Of a stretch of DNA of 64,000 nt, positions 12,051-24,050 are shown one piece after another. Numbering within the stretch: position 1 is the stretch's first letter; each line of letters starts with the position of its first letter. The stretch lies in the NCBI GenBank assembly GCA_040285825.1, contig JAUPSS010000004.1, forward strand, positions 2,150,550-2,214,549. The letters are read 5' to 3'. The notes beneath the pieces are model-generated. The model was not told the DNA's origin and did not search any database. It worked only from the letters and a program-made list of their open reading frames with translations. The position numbers and the translations under genes are program-made. The DNA is from Eukaryota sp. TZLM1-RC (lineage: Eukaryota > Protista > Metamonada: BaSk clade).

Positions 12051-12251
12051 TTACAGGGGAGTCCTAAAGCTTGAAAGAGAAGTTAAGTGAGGGATATAAG
12101 AACCTAGTTTATGAAGTAAAGGGAAAGTGTGAGAATAGTGAAAACCTCCCGAAACCACGTTGAGGGTTAAACCTCCCAGAACAGGCAACCAGAAGTCAAA
12201 AATGGGGTGACAAGTGTAAAATTTGATAGATGAGCTCCTTATTCTCATTAC

Positions 12252-14208
12252 ATGTCAGACACCCCCTTTGTGTTACGTGTATTCACTCGGTCTTGTGCAC
12301 TTAACTTGTTGCTGACCCCTGCAACGGTGCAACAACTTCAGACTGACCTTCCTTTGGTCACCGAAATTTGTCATGAAGCTTCTTTATTACTTCAATCTTT
12401 TCTTCTAAAATTTCCGTTGGCATCTAGAGCTTTAGTGGAACAGGATGTATGGTATCTTTTTATGACCGTCATCACCACTGGTGCCTTTCGAAACCCATCC
12501 ACCTCTAAAGGTCAACGCCAATTACTCCATATCTTTTACAATGGATTTCTTCCAGAATGCCCACAAAACAGGTTTCTTGTCTCTTTGTGGAAAAATTCTT
12601 TGTTGCCTTATAGAAATTCATTCAATCTTTTTCTCAATGCTTGGCTGCAGTCTCAGAATTGAAATTTTATCAATAGACAAGGGTTTTCTCCTTACCTTGC
12701 TTGTCGGGCTCGTCAATTGGCGTCTAACGTGAAGACAAGTTTACCTAAAATTTGTCAATCCTGGACAAAAAACTTTATTCGTGCTCATTGTAGAGCTCTA
12801 GATAAAACAAATGTCCTTGACAATTATATTTTCTCACTTTTGCCAGACGAACCATTAGCCCAACCCGAGGAAGTAGTTGTTGATTCTGTTCTTGAACTCT
12901 ACATCAATTTCAATCTGAATAATTCAAGAGAAAGATTCTTTTTATTAAATGCATGTAAGTTTATCTTGAATCTCCTTCATTGATTTCCTACCACTGCCTC
13001 CCTACTGTCCTCACATGATAAAATCACTTTTTCATCAAAAGAAATTGGTGAGCTTTTTCTCTTCAATCTTAAAATTTCACAATACTTACTCACTTTCTAT
13101 TCTCATATGCATTGCTGGAAGAAATTTAGAATAATACCTTTAGCTTCTCATAAAGGTTCTAAATTTATTGAGGTACCTTCACAAATTTTCCACTCTGTGA
13201 AAAAATTTCCAATTATTGAAGGATCATCTTCCAAAACAAAGTTTATCAAAAATACATGTCTGAAACGAGTATTCAAACGATGTCCTTACCAAAAATTCAA
13301 TATCAACAGAAAAAATTTGAAAAATAGATTTAAAAAATTTTTTTATTGAAAACTAATAATAATGAACTGCTTTTGACCTTTAAAGGTAAAAATCATGACT
13401 GAGAAAACACAGATGAGCTGGATGAACCACCGAAAAAGAAAAGAAGATCAAAAAAAGAAATGAAAAGTGACCCTATTGCCAACAAAACAAGAGAAACACA
13501 GTTGAAGAGCACTAAAAAATGGCCCGTTGAAGACGTAGACATCCAGTCGAAATTTTACCTTAAAGGCCCCTTATTGGCGTTGATCTGGGACAATCCAGAT
13601 GATGTGGTTACTTCTTAAATGATTATCAATGTGGAGTTATCCCTTGTCCAACTGGCAGAAGATACATGACAGAACCTTCACCCAGTAAAGACTCTCCCAA
13701 CCAATATTTCATTCAAAATTTCAACCAATATTTGAACCATTGGAATTTGGTCAAGAGGAAAGTGTATTTCGAAAGTAAACGCCAGAAATGGAAAACAATT
13801 AAATTTGATCACCGCAGACGAAAAGAGAGACGGTTCAGTGAGAGTCTCAACAAATTTCAAAGGCTGGCTGGACATCCTGATGAACTCTATCTTGCTGTGG
13901 GTTTTGCTAATTTCCCTTCTCATTGCCGAAAAGTCAATGATTATGGATCAGCAAGGGCTTTCAGAAAATGGCTGTGTTATCAAAAGGACGTGAAGCACTT
14001 GTCAACCAGTGAATTCAATACAAGCAAACTGTCAAGTTGTTGCATGGCCGTGAATATTCAAGCAGGCTCATGGCAGATGCGTATTTGTACTGAGTGTCAA
14101 ATAGTATATGACAGAGATATATCCGCTGCAAAAAATATTCAAATTAAGAAGAAAACGGAATTGTGGCCGGAAAGATACATTTTCCCAGATGCTCTGTTGA
14201 GGAGATGA
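12252..14208 (+). pseudogene. Fanzor (TnpB-like RuvC nuclease) family A, disrupted ORF of about 650 codons
   Basis: RuvC-I IGVDLGQ near 13572-13592, RuvC-II SEFNTSKLSSCC, Zn finger CTEC, RuvC-III YDRDISAAKNI. Has internal stops and frameshifts. Confidence 0.88.
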
Positions 14209-14297
14209 AAAGGGAACGTGAGCATTCAGAAACAAATTTTGTTTGAAAAACTTAAATTTTATTTTGAGTTTTTTAATTTTGATTTTTTTTGAAAATC

Positions 14298-14539
14298 TTT
14301 TGAGACCGATCTACAAATGCCTTGGTAGCATTTTGTAGATCTACTTAGATACATCAAGTCGCGAGGCTTTGTTCTGTGAAAGCAGTAGGTGTATTTAAGT
14401 GAGGTAGCTCATTGATGAAGATCATGATTGTCTTTGTCAATTGACGCTACATGTCTCTTACAGCCTGTGAGTAGACATTGAGAAAGTTGAAAACAGGAGT
14501 GAATTTCGCAGGGGAATGCATAATAAGTGAAATTCACAG
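14298..14539 (+). ncRNA. Candidate omegaRNA scaffold of Fanzor A1
   Basis: Conserved in three copies. Hairpins at 14308-14341, 14451-14478 and a terminal 11-bp stem at 14499-14537. Confidence 0.7.
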
Positions 14540-14564
14540 TAAATTTGATGACATGTACATTTTG

Positions 14565-15480
14565 ATCAAAATTTTGAATGCTTGGATTTTAATGTTCGTC
14601 TTGGCTCGGCCCAAAAAGATAATCCCGCTATCGCAAATTTTTTGTTAGATGCCCAAAACAGTTCCTCTACGTGTTTAATTATTCAGATTCCTCAAATTTA
14701 TGGTCTTCTTTTAAATGATACCGAATTTTCTTGTACAATGCGCGATTGTTGTTTTAATTGGCCTGATAACGTGCCCCATAATTTGATTTGTAAATGTGGA
14801 TCAAAAACTTCTCCAAATCATTTATTCAATTGTAAACATTTTATTACTTTCCGATCAAAAGTTCATGATGCGGTAAGAGATCAACTCTATTGTATGTCAA
14901 AATCACATAGAATTGTTTCCTATTTAGAACCCTTACTTTCCCGTTTGGTTGATGAAGATACTTTGAATTCGTTTGGTCGAAATAGAGGTGATTTAATGCT
15001 TGAAGGACTTGAAGGTACTACCATTATTACAGATGTGAAATCCACTGATGTATGTAATGATCCTTTTATTCCAATGGCTCAATCAAAAAACAGGGACCCC
15101 TTAACTGTTTCCGAAAAAGCCAAAAATGACAAATACAAAGCAAAATTGTTATCCTTGAATGCAGAATCGCATACTCCTTACGTCCTCTGTCCATTTGCAG
15201 TTTCCCTTCATGGCACGCTTGAACGTCTTGCTTTGTCTTTTCTGGATGATTTTGTTGAAATTGTGAAAAAACGTACTGGAAGAGTTTTTGACAAGAGTTT
15301 TGGCAAAACAGAATTGTATTTTCCAATTTCAAAGGTGTTGTTCCCTTATTATCTTTAGCTTTGTTATCTCTTGGACGCATTTATGAAAGAAAAAACCTCC
15401 AGTCAATTCTTGTTGGCTGACTTGAATTATGAAGACAGAGAATTTTAACCTGGTCGTATAATTTATTTTTTATTCGAACA
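14565..15480 (+). mobile_element. CRE-like non-LTR retrotransposon 3' fragment, family B
   Basis: CKCG...HLFNCKHF...HDAVRD...EP...RGDLML...ITDV (RLE domain). Related to 32810-33565. Confidence 0.87.
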
Positions 15481-15592
15481 AATAAAAAAGTTTTTGGAAA
15501 TAAAACATTTTGATCATCTTTCAAAGAAACCTCATCACCACATTTCATTTTTATAGACAGCCCATTGTTATACACAATACAATATCTGTATC

Positions 15593-16183
15593 ATGACCAA
15601 CTACGCCCTACAAAGCTATTGGGATTACCGTTACGCTCAGGATGATGAGGTTTTTGAGTGGCTTATTGATTGGTCGGACTTACAGTCTTATATGACACCT
15701 CATCTCACCACTACATCAGAAATTCTTGTTACAGGTTGTGGAACTTCTCGTTTAGTTGCTGATTTATACAACTTTGGGTTTCCCTACGTCACCGCCATTG
15801 ATTTTTCTGAGGTTGCCATAGCCCAAATGAAAGACCGGTGGTCGGATCTATCAGATACACTAGAGTTTGAGGTAATGGATATGACTGAAGGTTTAGACTA
15901 TCCCTCACTTATATTTGATGTGGTCATTGACAAGGCAGCACTAGATGCCGTTCTCTGTGGAACTGATGCTCTGTTAAAATCTAGAAGAGTACTCAGAGAA
16001 ATTTACAGGGTATTGAAGCCCAATGGACTGTTTTTCTGTGTGTCTCATGCTGGTGAAGATGCTCGAATTAGTTTATTGTGTTCCCAGAAATGGAAAGTTA
16101 CTTGCTGTAAAGTTGAGAATAGCGTTAGCAAAAGCTGTTGTTTTGTCTATTTATGTCGTAAGTTTGTTGAATCTTTAGCTTAA
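15593..16183 (+). CDS. EEF1AKMT4/METTL13-N-like SAM methyltransferase
   Basis: YWDYRY...FEW, LVTGCGTS, AIDFS, VIDKAALDA and RVLKPNG. Confidence 0.9.
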   Translation: MTNYALQSYWDYRYAQDDEVFEWLIDWSDLQSYMTPHLTTTSEILVTGCGTSRLVADLYNFGFPYVTAIDFSEVAIAQMKDRWSDLSDTLEFEVMDMTEGLDYPSLIFDVVIDKAALDAVLCGTDALLKSRRVLREIYRVLKPNGLFFCVSHAGEDARISLLCSQKWKVTCCKVENSVSKSCCFVYLCRKFVESLA

Positions 16184-16405
16184 TATTGTTGATATCTGTG
16201 TTTTTGAACACTGTTTTTGTATTTATATTCATACCTTTTATAACCATTTGTGTTGTAAAAGTACATAATTGAGAATTTATTGTAAAGAAGAATGGAAATA
16301 AATCTTAGTTTAATCATTTTACTTAACTAAACTGGTAAAATCCTGCCAAAGTAAACAATTGTTGAATCATAAAGAATTGGGAAGACCAAAAAATGGCAAG
16401 ATTCA

Positions 16406-17092
16406 CTAACAACTGGCATCTGAATCATAATCATATTCATCGCTAGAACCTGGAGGAAGTAGAGAGGCATCGAGGTAACTACCCTTATCTTCTTGCTTCC
16501 TTGCTTCTTTCTCCTCATGATGCTTTGCTATACTAGAAATAAAAGCTTCATGCACATGTTTCACCTCATCAGAGTCGCTGCAATTGGAATAAGCGTTAAG
16601 GTACTCTTCGTTCAGATCAAAGAAGGAAGGACCCCAGTTGAAAGAGTCTAGGACCTTATAAGCGTCCTCTTTGAATCCAGTAATGAAAAGACCAGCTGCA
16701 AATGCCTCGGCATCATTCAATTTAAATGGTCGACCATAGTTAATAGTATTAGCAGCTACTAGAAAAGGTAAAATTCGTGCCCAATGGTTTGCAGTTCGTT
16801 TTAAAATAGCAGTGGTTTCACGCTCATCTACTCGATTCCAACTACAATCAACTACACATATACCATGGTCTTCAACGACTGGACGATCACTGGGGGATAT
16901 GTAGGTGGATGAAGCAGGTGTGAGGACAACTCCGCGAAAACGTGCTTTAACAGATATCTCAGAAACTAGGCCCAAGCGTGCTAATTTTTTTCCAGAGCAT
17001 TTAGAAGATTCACATTGACCAGTATCAAACATGGAAAGATGTATACTAAGGGGATTTGTAATGTCGCTGTTGTTCTTGACTTTATATTTCAT
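16406..17092 (-). CDS. TSR3: 18S rRNA aminocarboxypropyltransferase Tsr3
   Basis: KCSGKKLAR, VVDCSWN, LPFLVAANTINYGRPFKLNDAEA and FNWG. Confidence 0.95.
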   Translation of the reverse strand: MKYKVKNNSDITNPLSIHLSMFDTGQCESSKCSGKKLARLGLVSEISVKARFRGVVLTPASSTYISPSDRPVVEDHGICVVDCSWNRVDERETTAILKRTANHWARILPFLVAANTINYGRPFKLNDAEAFAAGLFITGFKEDAYKVLDSFNWGPSFFDLNEEYLNAYSNCSDSDEVKHVHEAFISSIAKHHEEKEARKQEDKGSYLDASLLPPGSSDEYDYDSDASC

Positions 17093-17149
17093 AGAGATTA
17101 ATAAATGGTGTTGTAAAAAGTGATGAAAACTCAGTGGTTTTCATTTGAA

Positions 17150-17780
17150 GTGCAACAAAAATTTTATTACCCTTTCAATATGAAATTAATACCACAGATG
17201 GAGTTTCTTCAGCGATATTTGCTACTGATGTTTTATTTCGCCAAAATGAATCCAATGTTTGTATGTCATTGGATTTTAGTAATGCTTTCAATTCACTAAG
17301 TCGTCGCAGTATCCATGGTGCTCTATTGCAATATATGCCGGAATTAATGCCGTATTTTCAATCAACATATTGCACATATTCTAATTTACATTTTGGTAAT
17401 AGCATTTTGAGTTCATCAAATGGTGTAAAGCAAGGAGATCCATTAGGACCTCTTTTGTTTTGCTTGGCCATTCATCCTATTTTACTGCAAATTCAAGAAA
17501 TGTTTCCTTCACTAAAAATGAATGCATATATTGATGATGTTGTGCTTATTGAATGAATTAAATATTGTGAAACAAGCAACTGTATGTTTTAAAAAATTAT
17601 TTACCAAAATGGATCTCCGACTTAATTTACTTAAATGAGTTTTGTTATCGAATTCTCCAGTTTCCACAATAGTTGATGGTATTGAAATTCAAGCCAAATT
17701 ATATTCAATTGATGCTGTTCGTCATTTGGGTTCGTTTTTAGGAAATAATGATGAAATTACCAAAGAATTGTTTGAAAAGT
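17150..17780 (+). mobile_element. Non-LTR reverse transcriptase fragment
   Basis: LDFSNAFNS, GVKQGDPLGPLLF and AYIDD. Confidence 0.85.
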
Positions 17781-17819
17781 TTTTTTTAAAAAAAACTCTT
17801 TTTATTTATATTCAACAAC

Positions 17820-20350
17820 AAATATGAAATACACAATTAAAACTCCACATCCTCAAAACCTGCCTCCCCTACATCAAAACAATTAATTGCTAAAGATTCA
17901 GAAAATTTCCCAAAAGAAGATAGTGAATCAGAAATTAGTGTTACCATTCCCTTAAAAATAGAAAATACAATCCTGTTTTGCCAGTACAGTTCTTTCCTTT
18001 ACAACTACAACAAAATCCTCAAGGAAAGCCATAGCAGCCTTACCTAGAGATCCAAGCAAAGAAAAAACAAATGGACAGAAATTATATTGGGCATGAGAAT
18101 TTTCATTAACCGAGGAAATGGGTTTCGCATATTTAGCAATTTTATATTTTTCTCCTGCAAGTAGAGGATTATTTACATCCGAGTTAATGAAATGTTCGTT
18201 AGAGGAATTACAAGGGTCAATAGACATGGCGTCCAAAATAGTAAAACTACCATTTAAACCAGGAACAACTAGATCACCTCTAGTCAGACCCATAGAAGCT
18301 CTGTTGTAACGCGTACTATCGATATTGGGATCATCAAGAATTAATTTTGATAACAGCGGTTCTAAAAAGGAATCTACTCTATATGATTTGCACATTACAT
18401 AAATTTGGTCCCTGACGTTATTATGCACTTTGCTTCTAAACGTAATGAAATGTTTACAGTTCAAAAGATGAGTAAACAAAAGAGGTTTACCACATTTACA
18501 AGTTAAATGATTGGGCAAATTGTTTGGCCACAGAAAACAACGAAAACGCATGTTTAGAAGCCATTCAGTGTTTTTTAACAAAAGTCCATAAACAGAGGGA
18601 ACTTGAGTTACTAAAGCAGCAGCTGAACTATCACGAATATCCTTTAAAAAATTACCGAAAGCGGGATTTTTAGTTTTGGCCAAGCCAAGTCTTACTTCAT
18701 AATCCAAGCCTTCATATAATTTAACCAGATGGTGCTGAAGCTTTTTCAAGCAAAAACGTAAATTTGGAAGTGATCGGGTGGGAATTTCTTGAACATTTTG
18801 AGGAAAACACTGAATCCAGATATCACTAGGCAAATTATCTTATTCGATTTGAAGTTGATTCAAGTAAAAATTTGATTCACCATTGATCAGATGAACATCA
18901 AAAGGGAACCTTATGAAAAATTCAAAAACAAAATTTTTACCACCTCCCAAAAATGCTGCTTTACACAGAATCGAAGATTTGGTGAATCCAATTCCACCCA
19001 AATCTGCTGAACAAAATACATGACTTCGAATTAAAGATTCATTTACTTCTAATAAAGAAGAAAAAAATTTGACTCGAAGTTTGTTAAAAGATCTACAAAA
19101 ATTGAGAGATATTGATGTTGGAGTTGACCTTAAAATATGAGTGAATTTTCCAGAATAACAAATTTTTAAAATAAAAAATTTGATGTGTTTCTCAATGTCA
19201 CATTCAGCAATAAAACTAAGATCCTTGTCAAACTTCTCCAATAAATTGTTCAACTGGGAATAAATTTCATCCAAATTGCCAAGCCAACATCCAAGAAACT
19301 TAAAAGCTTGTTGGTCATAATTGATAAAAGGAATCTGAGCTCCACCAATCATCAAAGATTGTTTTTCTCTACCAATCAAGAGACATTTAGATGGGTTCAA
19401 AGCTAATCCAATTTCTTTGTATTTCGCCGCAATGTTTTCAGAGACCCTAGAAATGCTTTCAAAAGAACCAATAATAGAAATGTCATCCATATAGGCAACA
19501 ATACGCAAATCAGGGAAATCTTGTTGTGTCATTTTAATAATATTATGAATAGCCAAACAAAACAGCAAAGGGCCAAGAGGATCACCTTGTTTCACACCAG
19601 AAGAAGATTCAAGGGTAAAGGAGTCAAAAATTAAGTCTGATATTTTTCCATAAAATAAATAAAAATATGCAGAAAGTCAGGAAAATCATGAAGAAGCACA
19701 TCAAAAATACAATTACGTTTCACAGAATTGAAAGCATTTTTGAAATCCAAATTGAAAATATATTGATGTTGTTGACTATTGAAAAAAACATCTGAAGTCA
19801 TTGAAGCAACAGAAGCACCTTCAACAGTTTTTATGCCAAATTGGAAAGGCTTCAAATAGTCCTTTGCTTTAGTAGAAATTCTGTTAAAAATAAGCGAAGA
19901 AAGCAATCTGGTTAATGACTCTCCAATAGCAATTGGTCTAACTCCATCAGGTTTGTCACCTTTACCAGGTTTAACTAAAGCAACTAAACGGGCAGCAGTC
20001 AATTCAGGCGGAGGAACATAATTTAAACACATTAAATTTTGAAAATAGGAAGCAAGATCCTCAACAATTTCAGGAGCATTTTTACAGGCAGTTTTTAACA
20101 AATCAAAGGAAATGCCTGAAGGACCAGCTGCTTTTCCTTTTGGTAATTTAGCAACGGCATTCAATACTTCTTGAGCCTGAAATGGATTTTCGAGCCAATA
20201 TTGACAAATAGAAGGCTTACTGGGGCAAAAATTTTCAGTTGGATGGAGGGATTTCAATTTTTCAACAGTTTCGAGATTGGTATCAGCCAGTTTTCCCGAA
20301 AAATTATTTTTTAATCCGCTTCCATATCTACCTCTCAAAAACAATTTTCT
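17820..20350 (-). mobile_element. CRE-like RLE non-LTR retrotransposon family A, most complete copy (frameshifted)
   Basis: KAAGPSG, VRPIAIGE, DFKNAFN, QGDPLGP, AYMDD, GGIG, CKC/HLLNC and RGDLVV...ILDAM. Spread over three ORFs. Confidence 0.92.
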
Positions 20351-20569
20351 TGCTTGAAAAGATGAATTAGCTTTTCTCTGTTTTGGCTTGTAATTAATTT
20401 TCTTCTTATTCTTTTTGGCAAAGAATTTCCAAAATCTTGTTATGTTCCATTTGTTTAATTTTGAAAAGTTGAACTCAATTTCTGACAAAATTGACCGAAT
20501 GATGAATTTAGATATAAAAAACACATCAAATGTACCATTATAAGACTGTGTTTTAGTTCCAATTTTAAT

Positions 20570-21915
20570 CATATATTTCGATCTACAAATCCTCTCGTCA
20601 CTAGACCTATGCTCAGAAGTTTAATGAATTACGTGCAAAAATTCTGTCTCAATTACTGGGATGTAAAATGTTTCAAATTCCAGATCATGCTTACCTTAGT
20701 CCACATTATGGCGGTTTAGGGTGGACGAAGGCTTCTATTCTTACCTCGTGTGCTTTTGTTGGTGGATGCAGAAATGCAATCTTTGAGTTTTCCGAAAGAT
20801 TTGCAGATTGGGAAGATTTATTGATGACAACGCAAAGTTCCACTGTTTTTGCATTAAATGAAGAAATTTCAAGAATTGATGTAGAAAAATGGGGTCGATG
20901 TTTTCCCCAATCATTCAATGGCAATGTTCCAGAAAAAAATGTTTTAAATTTGAAGTATACTCTTCGAACATTACAGAAAAGATTGACTGGAATGTATGAA
21001 AAAGATCTTTATAATAATATTTGCAGCTCGGCTGTTTTAAATCAAGATCTTCACTCATTGTTATTGGAAAAGGGTGTTTGTGAAAACAAGGTGTCAGATT
21101 CTTCACTTTTTGTAACCATTGTACCACGAAGATTTGGATTGTGTGCTTCTAATAAAGCATTTGTAACAAAAATGAGATTATATTTGAACATCCCCATTAA
21201 CCAATTATTATCAAAAGAAAAATGTATTTGTTCGAATTCACCTCAACTCACTTTGCGCCATGCTCTAAATTGCTCTAAATTGATAACTTATCGTTCTTCA
21301 TTACATGATGCTGTTAGAGACACTGTTTTCAATATGGCACAAACTGCAAGGATATCGTGTATCAAAGAGCCCCTGCTGAAAGAAACACTTTCTCTGAATA
21401 ATTTTGGTTCTGATGATAGAGGTGAAGTATACTGTGATTTGATTGATAATTTTGAAGCTATTGTTGACTTTGTATCATGAAATGTTGCAAATGAAATTTT
21501 GGTTCACAGAAGAAAATTTAATCCTGTGAGTGCTCTTGATTTCAAAGCAAAAGAAAAACATGGAAAATATGATAAAGATAGTGAAGAGGCTAATGTTGAT
21601 AGAAATACACAGCTGGTTTTTATTGCTTTCCCATTTTCGATAAATGGAAGATTATCAGTTGAAGCAGAAACTTTTTTGAATGACTTCCAAAAAATGGTGC
21701 AAGAAAAACAATGAAAAGATTTGATATTTTTTTATAACGTTCACGCATTCAATTTGCCATTATTAATAGATTACCTTGGTTTTTCAATCGAATGAGAGAA
21801 GTTTTAGCTATGCGGCAAGCAGATCAAGAATGTGTAGAGGAAATCATGGTTCAATGATAGTCGTCCCATTAGTTATGAGTTAATTTAATTAAGTGTGCAA
21901 ATTCAATAAATACAA
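20570..21915 (+). mobile_element. CRE-like non-LTR retrotransposon 3' half, family C
   Basis: GGLG, CICS...HALNC...HDAVRD...KEP...DRGEV...IVDF. The 3' tail is shared with 30866-31090 and 31668-32060. Confidence 0.85.
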
Positions 21916-22043
21916 TATTTGAAGTGCATACTTTCGTCAAGCATCATTCAAACTTATCCCACGAATTTTCATTCTTGGTGACATCGTCCACAGACGTTCT
22001 AGAATCCTCGAATAATTGGCCATCAATCTCAAAGTGAAGAAAA

Positions 22044-24050
22044 CTGAGAATTTCACCTCAAATGGATATTGAATAAATATCACCAAAACTGATTTAAACT
22101 TTTCAGCACCAAGAGTTAATATGCACTAAACACCTTGGAAATACGTTGATGAAAGCAGCTACTGCTGTCTCCTTAGACGTCTTACACGCCTTGGTCTTCG
22201 GAATTGCTCTGGTCTAGTACCAGTGAAGTACTCACTGCTTGCAATCTCCAGCTGATTTTTAGAGGCTGTGATGTCCCTAGACCAGTTGGTCTCACATCGA
22301 GGGCAATCGAACTTAGCGTTATTTACCCTTCCGTCATCATGATATATCTTTCTATGGAAGACTTTACAGCAATTCACTTTTGCTGAGTTCATAAACTCGT
22401 TCTCCACTTTCACGTTTTCAAAGTATTTTTGAATTTGTTTTAGAGATCTCTATCTGGGGGATTTCACAGTTTGACGAGAAGGTCCACCACAGCCATTACC
22501 GAACCAAACTGTACTGTTTCTTCTTTCAGACCAGATTTTGATTTTGTTGATAAAACTAGTTATTCTCTTTTGTCTTCGTATGAAAAAATCAAACTTATTT
22601 CTTCTAAGTTTTTTTCTTGCATTACGCTGCAGGTCTCCACACATAATTGAAGAATATTCAGGCCCTTCATCAGATTCAGAAACATAAGGTAAATTTATTT
22701 CAATCAGATACTCTTGACAGCTCTGAGCGGAATAAGTATTAGAAGTTGCTTGAGTGAGGGGAGGAGGGTGATTTGATTTTCGTTCCTTTGGGTTCAGCAG
22801 TATTCCAGAACCCCCATATACATTTGCAGAATTTCGGAAAGAACCAGTAATCCAACCACAAAGATTACTTCGGTTGGGATCAATGGCTACAAAAAACAAA
22901 TTTTAAACAACGATAATTGGGGTGTTCAAATTCTGGTAACCGTGACCTTCGCTGTGGATTTGCTTTTCTATGGACATTACTTTTTGTTTTCGCTACAGAG
23001 TTAGGAGAATCATAATTTCGAGACACGTCTCGACTCAAATTCTACTTTAGTCGGGTAATTATATGTTTTTCTTGCCTTTTGGGTGAAGTTGAACCGCAAA
23101 GAATCACCATTTGAAAAAATGGTACAGTCAATAAATTTAGATTGATTGAAGAACCCTCAAGGGTTGTTCAGAAGCTCTTTGCTTTCATTTAGCTTTGTAA
23201 AATAAGGTTCCAAACTGCAGAAACATAAACACCAACTGGATAAAGGTGAGAGAAAGTGCTTTTTCATGACTTCAGGCCAGTCATCTTCTAGAAAAGATAA
23301 AATATTCGGTCCTGACAAAAAGACTGTGGCTGTAATTTTTATATTTATGGTAAATCTATCATTTCTGATCGAAGAGTCCAACATACTTTGACCCCCCCCC
23401 CCCAATATAGGCATTGGATGTCATATTTAGCAAGTGGGTCAAAATATGTTGGTGCATTTCTTGATACCATTGTGAAATGGTATCATTCGGCCGAAGATCT
23501 TGAAGTACACAGTCGGCGTACTTTTTGGGACAAGGGCAGTTAAGACTCTGAGCACATCTCTTGAAAAAATTGTGTTTCCAAACAACAGGGCCGTCAGCCA
23601 ACAGCTGGCAAAAAGCTTCCCTCAGTTGAATGGCTCGACTGCCAAGCAGACTGGAATGGCACCAGAATCTACCACCGTCGGCTGATGTGGTTTCATTCAG
23701 TGGGCACCAAGGCCAAAAGTGTTGAACGAAATGTTGCAGCACTTGAAAAACCAGAATATGGTTCTCAAATGGCCGTCTTTGTTTGGGTTCTCTTTCACAA
23801 ACAAAGTCGAAACAGAAACTCCAGAACTGGCTTTGAGTAAGCCACAAAGAATGTTCTAGGTATTGAAGGACAAAAAGTCGTGCTAGGTGAGTAGCATGAG
23901 CTCCAATATTTGCGAGAATTTGGAACTGGCGTTCCATAGCTTCTCGTGCTTCTGAGCCAAAGAACCGGTTCACAGACGCTTCCACAGTTGTAGTTTGTAG
24001 AGCGTTTTTGAACACAGAAGGGAAACAGATAGAAATGATCAACAATTGGT
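22044..24050 (-). mobile_element. Fanzor family B element (disrupted ORF of about 630 codons plus about 115-nt tail)
   Basis: FVAIDPN (RuvC-I), VWFGNG, ENEFMNSAKVNCC (RuvC-II), CPRC and WSRDITASKN...GTRPEQFRR (RuvC-III). The tail ends in GGTGAAATTCTCAG at 22044. Confidence 0.87.

Larger units (their letters stand above)
11605..14539 (+). mobile_element. Fanzor family A unit, copy 1 (host cargo, Fanzor ORF, structured tail)
   Basis: Bracketed by TAAATTTGATG at 11594-11604 and 14540-14550. Region 12100-14539 is highly similar to 52417-54796. Confidence 0.8.

Noticed and set aside
12100-12190. Helitron 3' end (CTAG plus hairpin) on the minus strand of family A
   Set aside because: The hairpin is weak and too far from the CTAG, and Helitrons do not make target duplications.
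14498-14539. CRISPR array
   Set aside because: Only two 14-nt repeats, the spacers are homologous between copies, and the context is eukaryotic with no cas genes. Reported as a terminal repeat instead.
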